IMG/VR virus record: IMGVR_UViG_3300035704_000012
Span: 1-54,112 of that record
Direction: 5' to 3' (one strand)
DNA from: a virus
Lineage: Duplodnaviria > Caudoviricetes
Length of the DNA: 54,112 nt
The notes under the pieces: model-generated
The model's database searches: none
The model's input: only the letters and a program-made list of their open reading frames with translations
What the model was told of the DNA's origin: nothing
Translations under genes and position numbers: made by a program
Shown here: piece after piece, positions 9,484-19,301 of the stretch
How positions within the stretch are numbered: position 1 is the stretch's first letter
How the letters are laid out: every line of letters begins with the position of its first letter

Positions 9484-9945
9484 ATGCCGGGTATGGACCA
9501 CCTTCTCACCAAGGCCTTCCTGGCCACCGGCGGAGCTGTCGCCTACAAGCAGTTCCAGGTCGTCAAGCAGGTCGCCGAGTCGACGCTGCAGCCGGCCCAG
9601 TGCGCGGTCATGACGGCAGCCGACACTTCGCCCGTGCTCGGTGTCGTTCAGGAACCGCTCGACGCTGTCAAGACGGCAACGGGCAAGGCGTTCGTCGGAG
9701 TGGCGCTCTCGGGCAACACCAAGGTGATCGTCGGAGTCACTACCAACATCGCCATCGGCAAGTTCGTCGTACCGTCGGCGACTGTCGCAGGAGCTGTCGA
9801 TGCTCTCGCGGCCAACCTGGGCGCAGGGCTGTACGTCGTCGGCAAGATCATCGGCGTCGGCGGTAACTCGATTGGTCAGGCCGTCACGGCTGGTGACCTG
9901 ATCGACATCGAGCTGCTGCCCGGCCACGTCGTCTACGCCAGCTAG
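9484..9945 (+). CDS. Capsid decoration/cement protein
   Basis: Lies between scaffold and MCP; VLGV...IAIG...AGDLIDIEL pattern. Confidence 0.7.
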   Translation: MPGMDHLLTKAFLATGGAVAYKQFQVVKQVAESTLQPAQCAVMTAADTSPVLGVVQEPLDAVKTATGKAFVGVALSGNTKVIVGVTTNIAIGKFVVPSATVAGAVDALAANLGAGLYVVGKIIGVGGNSIGQAVTAGDLIDIELLPGHVVYAS

Positions 9946-9959
9946 GAAGGAGGAAGTCA

Positions 9960-11093
9960 ATGCCCATCTACGCACCGTCAGGATCCGGCAACGTCCACAT
10001 CGACGTTGTGCTCACGCAGATCAGCGTGGCGTGGCCGAACGAAGGGCTGGTCGGACAGGTCCTCTTTCCGTCGGTCCCGGTCAACAAGCAGTCCAACAAG
10101 TACTACATCTTCCAGGGTCGCGAGGGCTGGTACCCGGCACTCGACGACGCCAGAGCTCCCGGTTCCGAGGCCAACGAGATTCCCGGCCTCACGGTTTCGA
10201 CCGGAAGCTACTACTGCCAGGAGCACGCGCTCCAGATCGCGGTCACCGACGAGGAGAGGGAGAACGCGGACAGTCCGCTGTCGCCCGACGTCGACGGCGC
10301 CGAGATGCTGGCCAGCAGGGTGGCTCTCGGCAAGGAGTACCGGATCTACAACCTGGTCACGACTGCGGCGAACTACCCCTCCGCGCTCACGCAGGCACTT
10401 CCTGGAACCGTGTCAGGCACGGGACAGTTTCCTGCCTCCATCCAGTGGGACCTGGTCAACTCGCAGCCTGTCAAGGACATCAGGATCGCGATGCGGGCGC
10501 TCCACAGGACCTCGTTCCTGAACGCCAACCTCGCCATCATCCCCTACCTGGTGATGTCCGCTCTCGAGGACAACCAGGACTTCATCACTCGCATCCAGTA
10601 CGTCGAGCGTGCCATCCTGACGCCCGACCTGGTCGCGTCGCTCTTGTCGCTGAGCAACGTCGTCGTGCCGGGCTTCGGCATCGCGACTAACAACCCCGGC
10701 CAGACGCTGGCGCTGTCGTACCTCTGGAACAAGGAAGTGCTGCTGGCGTACAACCCGCCGCGGCCCGGCCTCAAGGTGCCTGCCTACGGGTACCAGTTCA
10801 CGCAGGGTTACAGCGGCGGCGGGGGAGGCGGCCTCGGCTTCGGCTCTGGCGCGTTCTCAGGCGAAGGGATCGACAACGGTCCGGGTGGGAACCTCAACCC
10901 GACCAGCGGCGACACCTCCAGGTCGAGCAACCTCACAGGGAGCATCGTCGACAGGTGGCGGGAAGAGCGTCGAGCTTCCGACGTCGTCCGTCTCCGTCAG
11001 CGGTACGACCTCGAGCTGATCGGGCTCGACACCAACAACAAGTCCATCTGCGGCTTCCTGTTCACCACTGCCGTGTCTGCCGCGATCACCTAG
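9960..11093 (+). CDS. Major capsid protein (lambda E-like)
   Basis: HIDVVLTQIS, FPSVPV, RAPGSEA and C-terminal GFLF motifs; strong RBS; high GC3. Confidence 0.9.
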   Translation: MPIYAPSGSGNVHIDVVLTQISVAWPNEGLVGQVLFPSVPVNKQSNKYYIFQGREGWYPALDDARAPGSEANEIPGLTVSTGSYYCQEHALQIAVTDEERENADSPLSPDVDGAEMLASRVALGKEYRIYNLVTTAANYPSALTQALPGTVSGTGQFPASIQWDLVNSQPVKDIRIAMRALHRTSFLNANLAIIPYLVMSALEDNQDFITRIQYVERAILTPDLVASLLSLSNVVVPGFGIATNNPGQTLALSYLWNKEVLLAYNPPRPGLKVPAYGYQFTQGYSGGGGGGLGFGSGAFSGEGIDNGPGGNLNPTSGDTSRSSNLTGSIVDRWREERRASDVVRLRQRYDLELIGLDTNNKSICGFLFTTAVSAAIT

Positions 11094-11106
11094 GGAGGAG
11101 GAAACT

Positions 11107-11520
11107 ATGGCAATCCAGCATGTCGCGTACACCAACGGTCTCCGGACCAAGAATGCGGAGGAAGGCGAGGGCCTGATCGAGGTAGGCGGCGACGTCAACC
11201 CCGACATGTTCGAGCCCGAGGACTGGAACTATCACCTCGTACACGGCAACGTCGTCCGCAAGGGCGGGCCGAACGATCCCGAAGTGCTCGCCGCGGCTCT
11301 CGAGCCGGAGGAGGTCGACGAGGCCAACGAGGACCCGCTCGTCACGGAGAACAGGCGCCTCCGCGAGGCGCTAGCGCTCTACACGGGCCGCGGTGTCAGT
11401 CCTGCTCCTGGCGACCATCTCAGCGACGTCGCTCAGGCCGAGGAAGAGGCTCAGGCCGAAGAGGACAGGAAGCCTTCTGTCCCCAAGGCGCCAGCTACCA
11501 AGTCTGACGACAACAAGTAG
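11107..11520 (+). CDS. Hypothetical head-associated protein
   Basis: RBS GGAGGAGG; directly follows the MCP. Confidence 0.7.
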   Translation: MAIQHVAYTNGLRTKNAEEGEGLIEVGGDVNPDMFEPEDWNYHLVHGNVVRKGGPNDPEVLAAALEPEEVDEANEDPLVTENRRLREALALYTGRGVSPAPGDHLSDVAQAEEEAQAEEDRKPSVPKAPATKSDDNK

Positions 11521-11538
11521 CGGGAGGAGGTAGCCTTC

Positions 11539-12021
11539 GTGACACTGCATATCACAGCTAGCATGGTACAAACGTGGTTGGAACCCACGAAGGCTACCAT
11601 CTCCGCTGTCGATCCTGTCTTGGAAGGTCAGATCTCCAGCGAGGTCCTAGGCAGGCTAGCACAGACCTTCACACAGTCAGTAGTAGCGACTTGGGTCGAC
11701 ACTACTACCACACCTGCAGTCGTACAGCAAATCATTGCCATGTATTACGCGGGCTGGTTCTATGATCGTGCCTTCGCAGAGGTCGTCACCGATGAGAGCC
11801 AGACATCTTACGGAGCAACCCTTAGGAACTGGGCATCAACGCTGCTAGCTGACGTGATTCGAGGTGCAGTCGAGCTAGCCGATGTAGTTACAATACCGAA
11901 CGCTGGAGTGACGTTCTATCCCACAGACGCAAGCTCGACGAGGGACGCACTCCGTGCCAATACCGATTGCAACGACTTGTCGTTGGGGCCGGCTAAGTTC
12001 GGAATGAGTAAGGTGTTCTGA
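11539..12021 (+). CDS. Head-to-tail adaptor (Mu gp36-like)
   Basis: Position; TPAVVQQIIAMYYAG motif. Confidence 0.6.
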   Translation: MTLHITASMVQTWLEPTKATISAVDPVLEGQISSEVLGRLAQTFTQSVVATWVDTTTTPAVVQQIIAMYYAGWFYDRAFAEVVTDESQTSYGATLRNWASTLLADVIRGAVELADVVTIPNAGVTFYPTDASSTRDALRANTDCNDLSLGPAKFGMSKVF

Positions 12022-12851
12022 TGCCAGCATCTATGAGGGGCGGCATCAGGTTCGACAACATGGTCAACTTGGGCTACTCGTTTACGCCCTCGCTAGCCAT
12101 GTCCGCTAAGCAGTTCAACAAGCTCGATGTTGACATTCGTTCCTTCCGGGAGCCACTCAAGCGGTCGATCCAACGTGTCATCGCTCCGTCGATCGGCCAG
12201 AACTTCATTTCCAACGGGCGTCCCGAGGGCTGGGCACCCTACGCTAGTGACACTGCCGACATGAAGGCGAGAGACCCCAAGAGCAAGTTCGGTCCTGAGG
12301 ACATGCTTCGCAGGTCGGGGCTCCTGTGGAAGACGATGCAGCAGTACAATATCTGGACCGTGACACAAACGCAGGCTGCAATCCTGAGTCTGCCAGACAA
12401 GATCTGGTATGGTGCGCTTCACCAGGCAGGCTTTGGTATGTCGGCAGCTAGTGTTACACCTGCGAAGGAAGGCAGCTTGTTCTTGTCGCCTTCGGAACTG
12501 AAGGCAGCTGGCGGTGCAGCCAAGGTGTCTATTCCAGCACGTCCATTTGCCATGTTCCAGAATCAGGACATTGACAAGGTGCAGGAGATTTTTGCGGACT
12601 GGTTGCAGGAGCGTGTCGATGCAAGGCTGGCAGGTTACAAGATCGTGCACGGGACGGTGAGGGCTAAGTTATGCCTAACACTGCCAGTGCAGAAGTTGTC
12701 GCCAGTGCCATCTTCAATATCATCCAGGCGCAGGTCATCCCGCTCGGCGTTCAGGTCATGTACTATGGTGACCAGACGATACTTGACAAGACGCCAGCTG
12801 TTTGTGTCTCGCCTGGGAACAAGACACGTGACTACGAAGGTGCATCTCTAG
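12021..12851 (+). CDS. Virion morphogenesis/neck protein (Mu G-like); may effectively end at TTA 12669-12671
   Basis: FISNGRPEGWAP, YGALHQAG and IPARPF motifs. The last 60 codons overlap the next gene. Confidence 0.75.
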   Translation: MPASMRGGIRFDNMVNLGYSFTPSLAMSAKQFNKLDVDIRSFREPLKRSIQRVIAPSIGQNFISNGRPEGWAPYASDTADMKARDPKSKFGPEDMLRRSGLLWKTMQQYNIWTVTQTQAAILSLPDKIWYGALHQAGFGMSAASVTPAKEGSLFLSPSELKAAGGAAKVSIPARPFAMFQNQDIDKVQEIFADWLQERVDARLAGYKIVHGTVRAKLCLTLPVQKLSPVPSSISSRRRSSRSAFRSCTMVTRRYLTRRQLFVSRLGTRHVTTKVHL

Positions 12852-13105
12852 CCACGAAGAACGTATTCGAAACGTACGTGTACGTATACTATGGCAAGAT
12901 CCAAGATGTGCAGGTGAACTTGCATGCAGCGCAGACTTTGGCTGACGCTATCGAGCCTGTAGTGCAAGCAGACATCACACTAGGTGGACTTGTCATTGGT
13001 ACGCTTTGCACGCAGAATGAACCTGGCGTCATCAACAAGATGGGCTCACTGCTGATGGGTAACAGGATGACGTTTGAATCCTTCAGCAAGACGAGGCTCC
13101 CGTAA
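12671..13105 (+). CDS. Tail completion/terminator protein
   Basis: Position; TPAVCV and DITLGG motifs. Confidence 0.6.
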   Translation: MPNTASAEVVASAIFNIIQAQVIPLGVQVMYYGDQTILDKTPAVCVSPGNKTRDYEGASLATKNVFETYVYVYYGKIQDVQVNLHAAQTLADAIEPVVQADITLGGLVIGTLCTQNEPGVINKMGSLLMGNRMTFESFSKTRLP

Positions 13106-13114
13106 GGAGGGTAA

Positions 13115-13456
13115 GTGCCATATCTGGTAAAGGTTGATCATCCCAATGCGGGAGACCAGGACGTCTACATTCACGGTCTGGGTACGTTCCGTAACGGGAC
13201 TGAGACCGAGGTCGACGACGACCAGGTGACACGATTCCGTGTTGCCACAGGAACAACTCAGTCAGGCGTCTTTGACGAAGAAGGCAAGATCGTCGCTCCT
13301 CACAACGAGGATGGTACGTCTGAGACGCGATTCGTGATGGGTGCCGAGCCACACGAGCTTGACATCTTCGGTGTCACGGTCACCAAGAAGGAGGAGAAGC
13401 CTCCTGCCAAGCCGACGGCTCCTGCTCCTAAGGCCGGAGAGGAGGCGAAGTCATGA
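13115..13456 (+). CDS. Hypothetical protein preceding the tail tube gene
   Basis: RBS AGGAGG; ATGA-coupled to the tube gene. Confidence 0.7.
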   Translation: MPYLVKVDHPNAGDQDVYIHGLGTFRNGTETEVDDDQVTRFRVATGTTQSGVFDEEGKIVAPHNEDGTSETRFVMGAEPHELDIFGVTVTKKEEKPPAKPTAPAPKAGEEAKS

Positions 13457-14388
13457 CCTACGGTATGGGTGCGGGCGGCCTGGTTGGTGTCGCCTTCGAA
13501 ACCGTCTCTGGTACCTACACGGTACCGACGAAGTTCATTCCGATCCTCTCCGAGTCGCTGGAGCTCAAGGAACAGAACATCTACCGGACGCCGATTCGTC
13601 AGTCGGCAGCTCGGATCGGTGTCGTGCCAGGTGACTTCTCCGTCGAAGGTTCGATCACGATGGAGGCCCTCGAGGATTGCAGCTTGTACTTTACGGAGTG
13701 CAGTCGCGCGGCGGGGGTCAAGACCGGTACGACACCGAACTTCATCTACACCTACGGCCCGACCTCGGTTGCTGTGCCACCGAAGACTATGTCGATCACC
13801 GTGGTCAGGAACGGTGTCATCTTCGGCTACACAGGTTGCGTCGTTGGTAAGTCGACGTTCTCCGTGAACAACAACCTCATGGAGAACACGTTCGACATCT
13901 TCGGCTTGACCGACGCAAGCCCATCGCCGACGCTGGTGCCTGTCTGGCCGACCTCGGTTCCTTACGGGCCTGGCTCGTGGACGGTTCAGATCCCGACGGC
14001 GACGCAGGTGTTTGACATGGACACCTTCTCGTTCGAGATCGACGATGCAGGACAGGAGAACTTCCGCCTCAAGAACTCGCGCGGTGCACAGTTCGCTAGC
14101 TTCGGTGAGCGGACGTGCCAGATGACGGCCTCCAGGGACTTCCTCGACGCGACCGATTACACGGGCTTCAAGGCCGTGACCGGCCAGGCGATCAAGATCC
14201 TCGCCACCACGGGAGCTAACAACTCCATCCAGTTCGATCTGTTCAACGCAGTCAAGGACGTGTATCAGGTTCCGCTTTCTGGCGTCGGCGACCTGATTCG
14301 CGCAGCCATTACCTACCAGACAGTACTCGACGGCAGTGGTAACGAGTACGACATCGTTTACAAGACGCAGGAAGTCATCACTCCTTAG
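13453..14388 (+). CDS. Major tail tube protein
   Basis: GVAFETVSGT, SESL and YTGCVV pattern; high GC3; position. Confidence 0.85.
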   Translation: MTYGMGAGGLVGVAFETVSGTYTVPTKFIPILSESLELKEQNIYRTPIRQSAARIGVVPGDFSVEGSITMEALEDCSLYFTECSRAAGVKTGTTPNFIYTYGPTSVAVPPKTMSITVVRNGVIFGYTGCVVGKSTFSVNNNLMENTFDIFGLTDASPSPTLVPVWPTSVPYGPGSWTVQIPTATQVFDMDTFSFEIDDAGQENFRLKNSRGAQFASFGERTCQMTASRDFLDATDYTGFKAVTGQAIKILATTGANNSIQFDLFNAVKDVYQVPLSGVGDLIRAAITYQTVLDGSGNEYDIVYKTQEVITP

Positions 14389-14416
14389 CACACAAGATCC
14401 AGAGGGAGGATCTGCA

Positions 14417-14839
14417 ATGCCCAATGCAACAGTTTCTACCGAGTCTCAGCACTTCGACCTCAGCTCCTGTCCTGGCGGTTGGATTGACCTCAAGCGGATG
14501 ACGCATGGTCAGCGACTCCATCGTCAGGACATTGCTATGTCGATGTCCATGACTGCTGACACCAAGCACAAGACGGCGACGATGGGTGTCACGCCGACAC
14601 AGACCAGGGTCGCGCAGTATGAGTTCAAGACCTGCGTCGTCGATCACAATCTCGAGGATGACCAGGGACACAAGCTCAACTTCAACAACCCTTCGGACGT
14701 CGAACGGCTTGACGGCAGGATCGGTGAGGAGATTTCCGAGCTGATCGACACGATGCACAACTGGGAGAGCGACCTCCCAAACTCGGTCGTGAAATCCGAC
14801 GTCGTGTCTTCGGAGCTGGTAAGTCCCGCGAAGAGCTAG
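14417..14839 (+). CDS. Tail assembly chaperone (short form)
   Basis: Between tube and tape measure; RBS GGGAGGA; DHNLED...VERLD motif. Confidence 0.8.
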   Translation: MPNATVSTESQHFDLSSCPGGWIDLKRMTHGQRLHRQDIAMSMSMTADTKHKTATMGVTPTQTRVAQYEFKTCVVDHNLEDDQGHKLNFNNPSDVERLDGRIGEEISELIDTMHNWESDLPNSVVKSDVVSSELVSPAKS

Positions 14840-15063
14840 ACACAGTCGGTTGGGCTTCGGAAGAAGAACAGATAGCTGAGCAGTTGTATGGGCTTACTGT
14901 CATGTGCTTGGAGTTCCACTGTTTGCCTGGGCCCGGAGGTTGGCTTGACCAGGATTCGTTCGTTGCATACGGAATGGATCTGGTCATGATCAGCATCAAG
15001 GCCAAGGAACAGTTGGACCAGCACCAGGCGGAGCTCAATAGGGGCAAAGTTCCTGGGAGGTGA
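14776..15063 (+). CDS. -1 frameshift extension of the tail assembly chaperone
   Basis: In-frame slippery heptamer C CCA AAC at 14776-14782. The -1 frame stays open to TGA 15061-15063 and contains LPGPGGWLDQD. Confidence 0.85.
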   Translation, partial: PKLGREIRRRVFGAGKSREELDTVGWASEEEQIAEQLYGLTVMCLEFHCLPGPGGWLDQDSFVAYGMDLVMISIKAKEQLDQHQAELNRGKVPGR

Positions 15064-15066
15064 GAA

Positions 15067-18000
15067 GTGCCGCTAGGTGTCAGGGAAGTACTCCTGGTCG
15101 TACGTGCACAGAACATGGGTTCTGGCGTACTGCGGAATCTGGCGGGCGACTTCAACAACCTGAACGGGGCAGCCAAGAAGGCAGCTCAGCAGCAAATGCA
15201 GACAGGCTCGTCGCTCATGGCCGTCGGTGTAGCTATCGGCGCCGTCGGAGCGGCGGGCCTTGTCTTCTTGGGTAAGGCAACCTCTTCGGCGATCGAGTAC
15301 AACAAGCAAGTCGCCTTGACCAAGACACAGATGTATGGTGTCAAGGCTAGCTTCGATCAGGTGTCTGAAGCTGGTCTTGCCACTGCCAGGTCGATCGCAG
15401 TACCTCTGGATCAGATCCAGGGTGGTCTGTACGACATCTTCTCGTCGATGGATGTCAACCTTACACAGGCCAAGTTCCTCCTCAACAACTTCTCGAAGGA
15501 AGCTGTAGCAGGCCAGGTAGACCTCTCCACGGCAGAACGTGCCACTATTGGCATTTTGAATGCTTACGGGTTGAAGGTCCAGGATGTCACCAAGGTGCAG
15601 GACATCATGTTCAACCTGGTCAAGTACGGCGTTGGTACTTACGGTGACTTCGCCAACTCGATTGGTCGTGTAACGGGTCCAGCCGTTAGACAGAACCAGA
15701 CCTTCGAACAGACTGCAGCCTTGATGGCGTTCGTCACTAGGAACGGTCTGTCAGCTAGTCAGGCTGCCTCTACGGTTGGTCGTGCTCTCGATGCTCTAGG
15801 CAAGTCTCGTGACAAGGTCCAGAGTCTAGGTGCGACAGTTGAAGACGCCCTAGGTGTACAGACTGCACACAAGTTGGGCTTCACTCACGACCAGATGATC
15901 AAGGTCACGGACGCTGCTGGCAAGATGCTTCCGATCAACCAGATCATGACCAACCTGGGGATGGCTCTTAAGGGCTTGAACCCGACGCAGCTCAATGACG
16001 TCCTGACTACGATGTTCAAGGGCACTGGCGGAACGATTCAGGCGATGAGGTTCTTCGACATCGCCATTCACAACTTCGGCCAGTTGAACACCATGGTCGG
16101 CAACATGGCTAAGAGTAAGGGTGCACTCAAGGCCGCCTACGACATCATGTCGAACACACCTGCGGCTAAGATCCAACTGCTCAAGAACAACTTCCAGGCG
16201 TTCATGATCGTACTGGGGCAGCAGTTCCTTCCCATCGTGAAGGTAGTCGCGTCTGTTCTGGCAAACTTCTTCAAGTTCCTAGGTACGATTCCGAAGCCTT
16301 TCATTGCCATCATTGCCATCGTCATAGCTGTAGTGTCTGTCATGTTGGTGCTGACGGGTGTTGTCATGGTCGCTATAGGCGCATGGATGGTCTTCTCCGC
16401 GATCCTGGCCGCTACCGATATTGCCCTTGCGCCTATTGCACTTACGATCGGGCTCATCATTGCTGCCGTAGCTGCCTTGGCCGTTGCTGCGTATCTGATC
16501 TACAAGTACTGGGATCCGATCAGCAAGTGGTTCCACGACATGTGGTTCGACATGTGGCACTGGATCGATCACATCTGGTCGGCGATCGCCAACTCGATAT
16601 CCGATGCCTGGAACAACATCATGGGCGTGTTCAATCGGATCATGCACTTCATCTCAGGTAGCTTCGACCAGTGGTGGAAGACTCACGGTGAATCCGTCAA
16701 GGAGGTCTGGCACGCTGTCTGGGACAATGTCACAAGCGTTATCTCGGTAGCCTGGCAGATCATTGGTGGTATCATCAAGGTCGGTATGGCTGAACTAAAG
16801 TTCGCTTGGGATACAGGACTAGCCACAATTGAGCTCATATCCAAGACTGCATGGGCGATCATCGAGGGCATCTTCCGAATCGCTTGGACTATCCTATCGA
16901 ACGTATTCAAGATAGGCTGGGCAGAACTAATAGCCGTTGCGAAGATTGGTTGGGCAGGAATCACCTCAGTCGTGAAGATCGCTTGGGATGTGATAGTTGC
17001 CATCTTCAGCGTCTTCCTCGACATCCTAACGGGCCACTGGCATACAGCTCTAGTCGACATACAGAACCTAGGCAAGCAGATCTGGAACAATATCAAGGGC
17101 TTCTTGATTGCATCGTGGAACGCAATCAAGGGCGCTGCAGGTCCTATCTTCAATGCACTGAAGGCTATCGTCGTTAATGTCTGGCATTCGGTATACGATA
17201 CCACACAGTCTGTCTGGCACAACATCCTCAGCTTCCTGAATAGGGTCTGGGGTGACATGAAGTCGGGTGCTAGGTCGACTGTGAATGGTCTAAGTAGTAT
17301 CTGGCACGGAATCGAGAACATCTTCAGGGTTCCTGTCAACTTCGTGATCGGCACTGTCTACGACAACGGCATCAAGCGTCTCTGGAACGACGTCATGGGC
17401 GCTATTGGACTGAAGCGTTTCAACCTTCCGAACATCCCGATGATGGCTGCAGGTGGCAAGCTTCCTGGGTTCGGTGGCGGAGATGTAATTCCGGCACTAC
17501 TGGAAGGCGGCGAGACTGTTATTGACAAGCACAGGTCTCGTCAGTTCGGCTGGTTGTTCAGGATGATGGGTGTCAAGGGGTATCAGAGCGGCGGCCAGAT
17601 TCCACCTGCGGTTGCCAGGTTCGGTACTTCGGTCAATCCCACAGGGCCTGCTCTCGGACCTCTTCAGGGCATCCTCCACCTCGCTGGTGCTGCAGGTAAG
17701 ATGCTGATGGCAGCTGCGACTGGGAATGAGACGGCCTTCAGCAACGCACTCATAAGCGCACTTGGCATCAAGAGCGGTGCAGGAAGCCAGCTAGCTTCGA
17801 TGGCGGCTACTCTCCCTGTGGCACTTGCGAAGAAGGCAATCGGGGGCCTGTGGCATTCAATCACGGGCAGTGCTGGTGGGGCTGGTATTAACTACAAGGC
17901 CGGTGCAGGCGTTGCTCAGTGGCGAGGCTTGGTCCTACGTGCTCTTGGTATGGAGGGTTTGTCACCTTCACTCGTGGGTGCAGTACTCTACCAGATGCAA

Positions 18001-18432
18001 ACCGAGTCTGGCGGCAACCCACGTGCTATCAACTTGAGTGACATCAACGCTCAGCATGGCGACCCTTCTCGTGGCTTGATGCAGACCATCATGTCGACCT
18101 TCTTGGCCTACCATTGGCCCGGTACGTCGACGAACATCTACGACCCGCTAGCCAACATCGCAGCGGCCTTGAACTACGCTCGTCATGTGTACGGGCCTAC
18201 GTTGATGAGTGGCGGGCTAGGCATTGGCTCTGGTCACGGATACGCACTAGGTACGAACTGGGCTGCGCCAGGACATCATGTCGTAGGCGAGCATGGACCT
18301 GAAGTTGTCAGCATGCGCGGAGGCGAGCGCGTCACTCCAGGTGGACAGACGATCATCATCTACACCAACGAGATTAACCCGCGTAGGCATGCTGCCGAGC
18401 TGGGCTGGGAACTTGCAAGGAGGTCAGCGTGA
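15067..18432 (+). CDS. Tape measure protein with C-terminal lytic transglycosylase domain
   Basis: 1121 aa; TM segments; periodic Trp/Phe repeats; QTESGGNPRAIN...GLMQ SLT motifs. Confidence 0.93.
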   Translation: MPLGVREVLLVVRAQNMGSGVLRNLAGDFNNLNGAAKKAAQQQMQTGSSLMAVGVAIGAVGAAGLVFLGKATSSAIEYNKQVALTKTQMYGVKASFDQVSEAGLATARSIAVPLDQIQGGLYDIFSSMDVNLTQAKFLLNNFSKEAVAGQVDLSTAERATIGILNAYGLKVQDVTKVQDIMFNLVKYGVGTYGDFANSIGRVTGPAVRQNQTFEQTAALMAFVTRNGLSASQAASTVGRALDALGKSRDKVQSLGATVEDALGVQTAHKLGFTHDQMIKVTDAAGKMLPINQIMTNLGMALKGLNPTQLNDVLTTMFKGTGGTIQAMRFFDIAIHNFGQLNTMVGNMAKSKGALKAAYDIMSNTPAAKIQLLKNNFQAFMIVLGQQFLPIVKVVASVLANFFKFLGTIPKPFIAIIAIVIAVVSVMLVLTGVVMVAIGAWMVFSAILAATDIALAPIALTIGLIIAAVAALAVAAYLIYKYWDPISKWFHDMWFDMWHWIDHIWSAIANSISDAWNNIMGVFNRIMHFISGSFDQWWKTHGESVKEVWHAVWDNVTSVISVAWQIIGGIIKVGMAELKFAWDTGLATIELISKTAWAIIEGIFRIAWTILSNVFKIGWAELIAVAKIGWAGITSVVKIAWDVIVAIFSVFLDILTGHWHTALVDIQNLGKQIWNNIKGFLIASWNAIKGAAGPIFNALKAIVVNVWHSVYDTTQSVWHNILSFLNRVWGDMKSGARSTVNGLSSIWHGIENIFRVPVNFVIGTVYDNGIKRLWNDVMGAIGLKRFNLPNIPMMAAGGKLPGFGGGDVIPALLEGGETVIDKHRSRQFGWLFRMMGVKGYQSGGQIPPAVARFGTSVNPTGPALGPLQGILHLAGAAGKMLMAAATGNETAFSNALISALGIKSGAGSQLASMAATLPVALAKKAIGGLWHSITGSAGGAGINYKAGAGVAQWRGLVLRALGMEGLSPSLVGAVLYQMQTESGGNPRAINLSDINAQHGDPSRGLMQTIMSTFLAYHWPGTSTNIYDPLANIAAALNYARHVYGPTLMSGGLGIGSGHGYALGTNWAAPGHHVVGEHGPEVVSMRGGERVTPGGQTIIIYTNEINPRRHAAELGWELARRSA

Positions 18433-19292
18433 CTGCGCCCTCACTGAACGATTACGAGTTCCAGTTCGATGACACAGGCACTACGCTAAATACCGATAGT
18501 ATGGGCCTACCCTTCATCGACATTCAGAGCGTGAGTGGTATCGATACCGCTCCGTTGCGAACGTCGACAGATGAGCATCAGGGTATGGATGGTACCTACG
18601 TCGACTCGCCATTCATGTCAGCGCGGACGATCGTCCTGTCAGGGAACCTGTATACCGATCCTGACGACACTGATACGTTGCTGAATCAGCTACGAGCCGA
18701 CTACAACACGGATGATGTTAGACCATTTTACATCCAGCTACCAGGACAGCGTACCAAGTTCATCAACTGTCAGGGTGGCGGGCTTCGTTACGATGTCGAT
18801 GGTGGTAGGCGTGCAGGTCTTACTGCTGTACAGTTCACACTGGTAGCTGAGGACCCTTACATCTACGATGCAGTTCCGACGAGTGGTACGGTATCGGTAC
18901 CTACATTGTCGGTTCTGGGCACATCGTTCAACATGGCGTTTAACGTAGGCTTCGGCGGTGCGTTGCCGAACTTCGGTGCTACGGTTACGAATCAAGGTAA
19001 CCACACAGCCTATCCTCTCATCACTATCACAGGTCCCGTTACTAATCCTGTTCTGGTTGACAGCAACAGCGGTACTACGATGGCACTCAACATCTCGTTG
19101 TCTGCAGGCGATATCTTGACGATCGATACTAGGTTGAAGTCGATCGTGCTAAACAACTTTGTCAGCCGTCGCACATCGATGTCAGGCAGACAGTGGATCA
19201 GTGTTCCGTCTGGTGTCTCCGATACCATTTCGTTCACAGCGGACTCAGGAACAGGTTCCTGTACCGTACAGCTTTATAACACGTACTACTAG
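18429..19292 (+). CDS. Distal tail protein (Dit-like)
   Basis: Follows the TMP; ARTIVLSG, AEDPYIY and ITGPVTNP motifs. Confidence 0.82.
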   Translation: MTAPSLNDYEFQFDDTGTTLNTDSMGLPFIDIQSVSGIDTAPLRTSTDEHQGMDGTYVDSPFMSARTIVLSGNLYTDPDDTDTLLNQLRADYNTDDVRPFYIQLPGQRTKFINCQGGGLRYDVDGGRRAGLTAVQFTLVAEDPYIYDAVPTSGTVSVPTLSVLGTSFNMAFNVGFGGALPNFGATVTNQGNHTAYPLITITGPVTNPVLVDSNSGTTMALNISLSAGDILTIDTRLKSIVLNNFVSRRTSMSGRQWISVPSGVSDTISFTADSGTGSCTVQLYNTYY

Positions 19293-19301
19293 GAAGGTGC
19301 C

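Noticed and set aside
8011-9975. 654-aa minus-strand ORF and other long antisense ORFs (6783-7898, 13300-14424)
   Set aside because: Shadow frames of codon-biased structural genes; no RBS or motifs.
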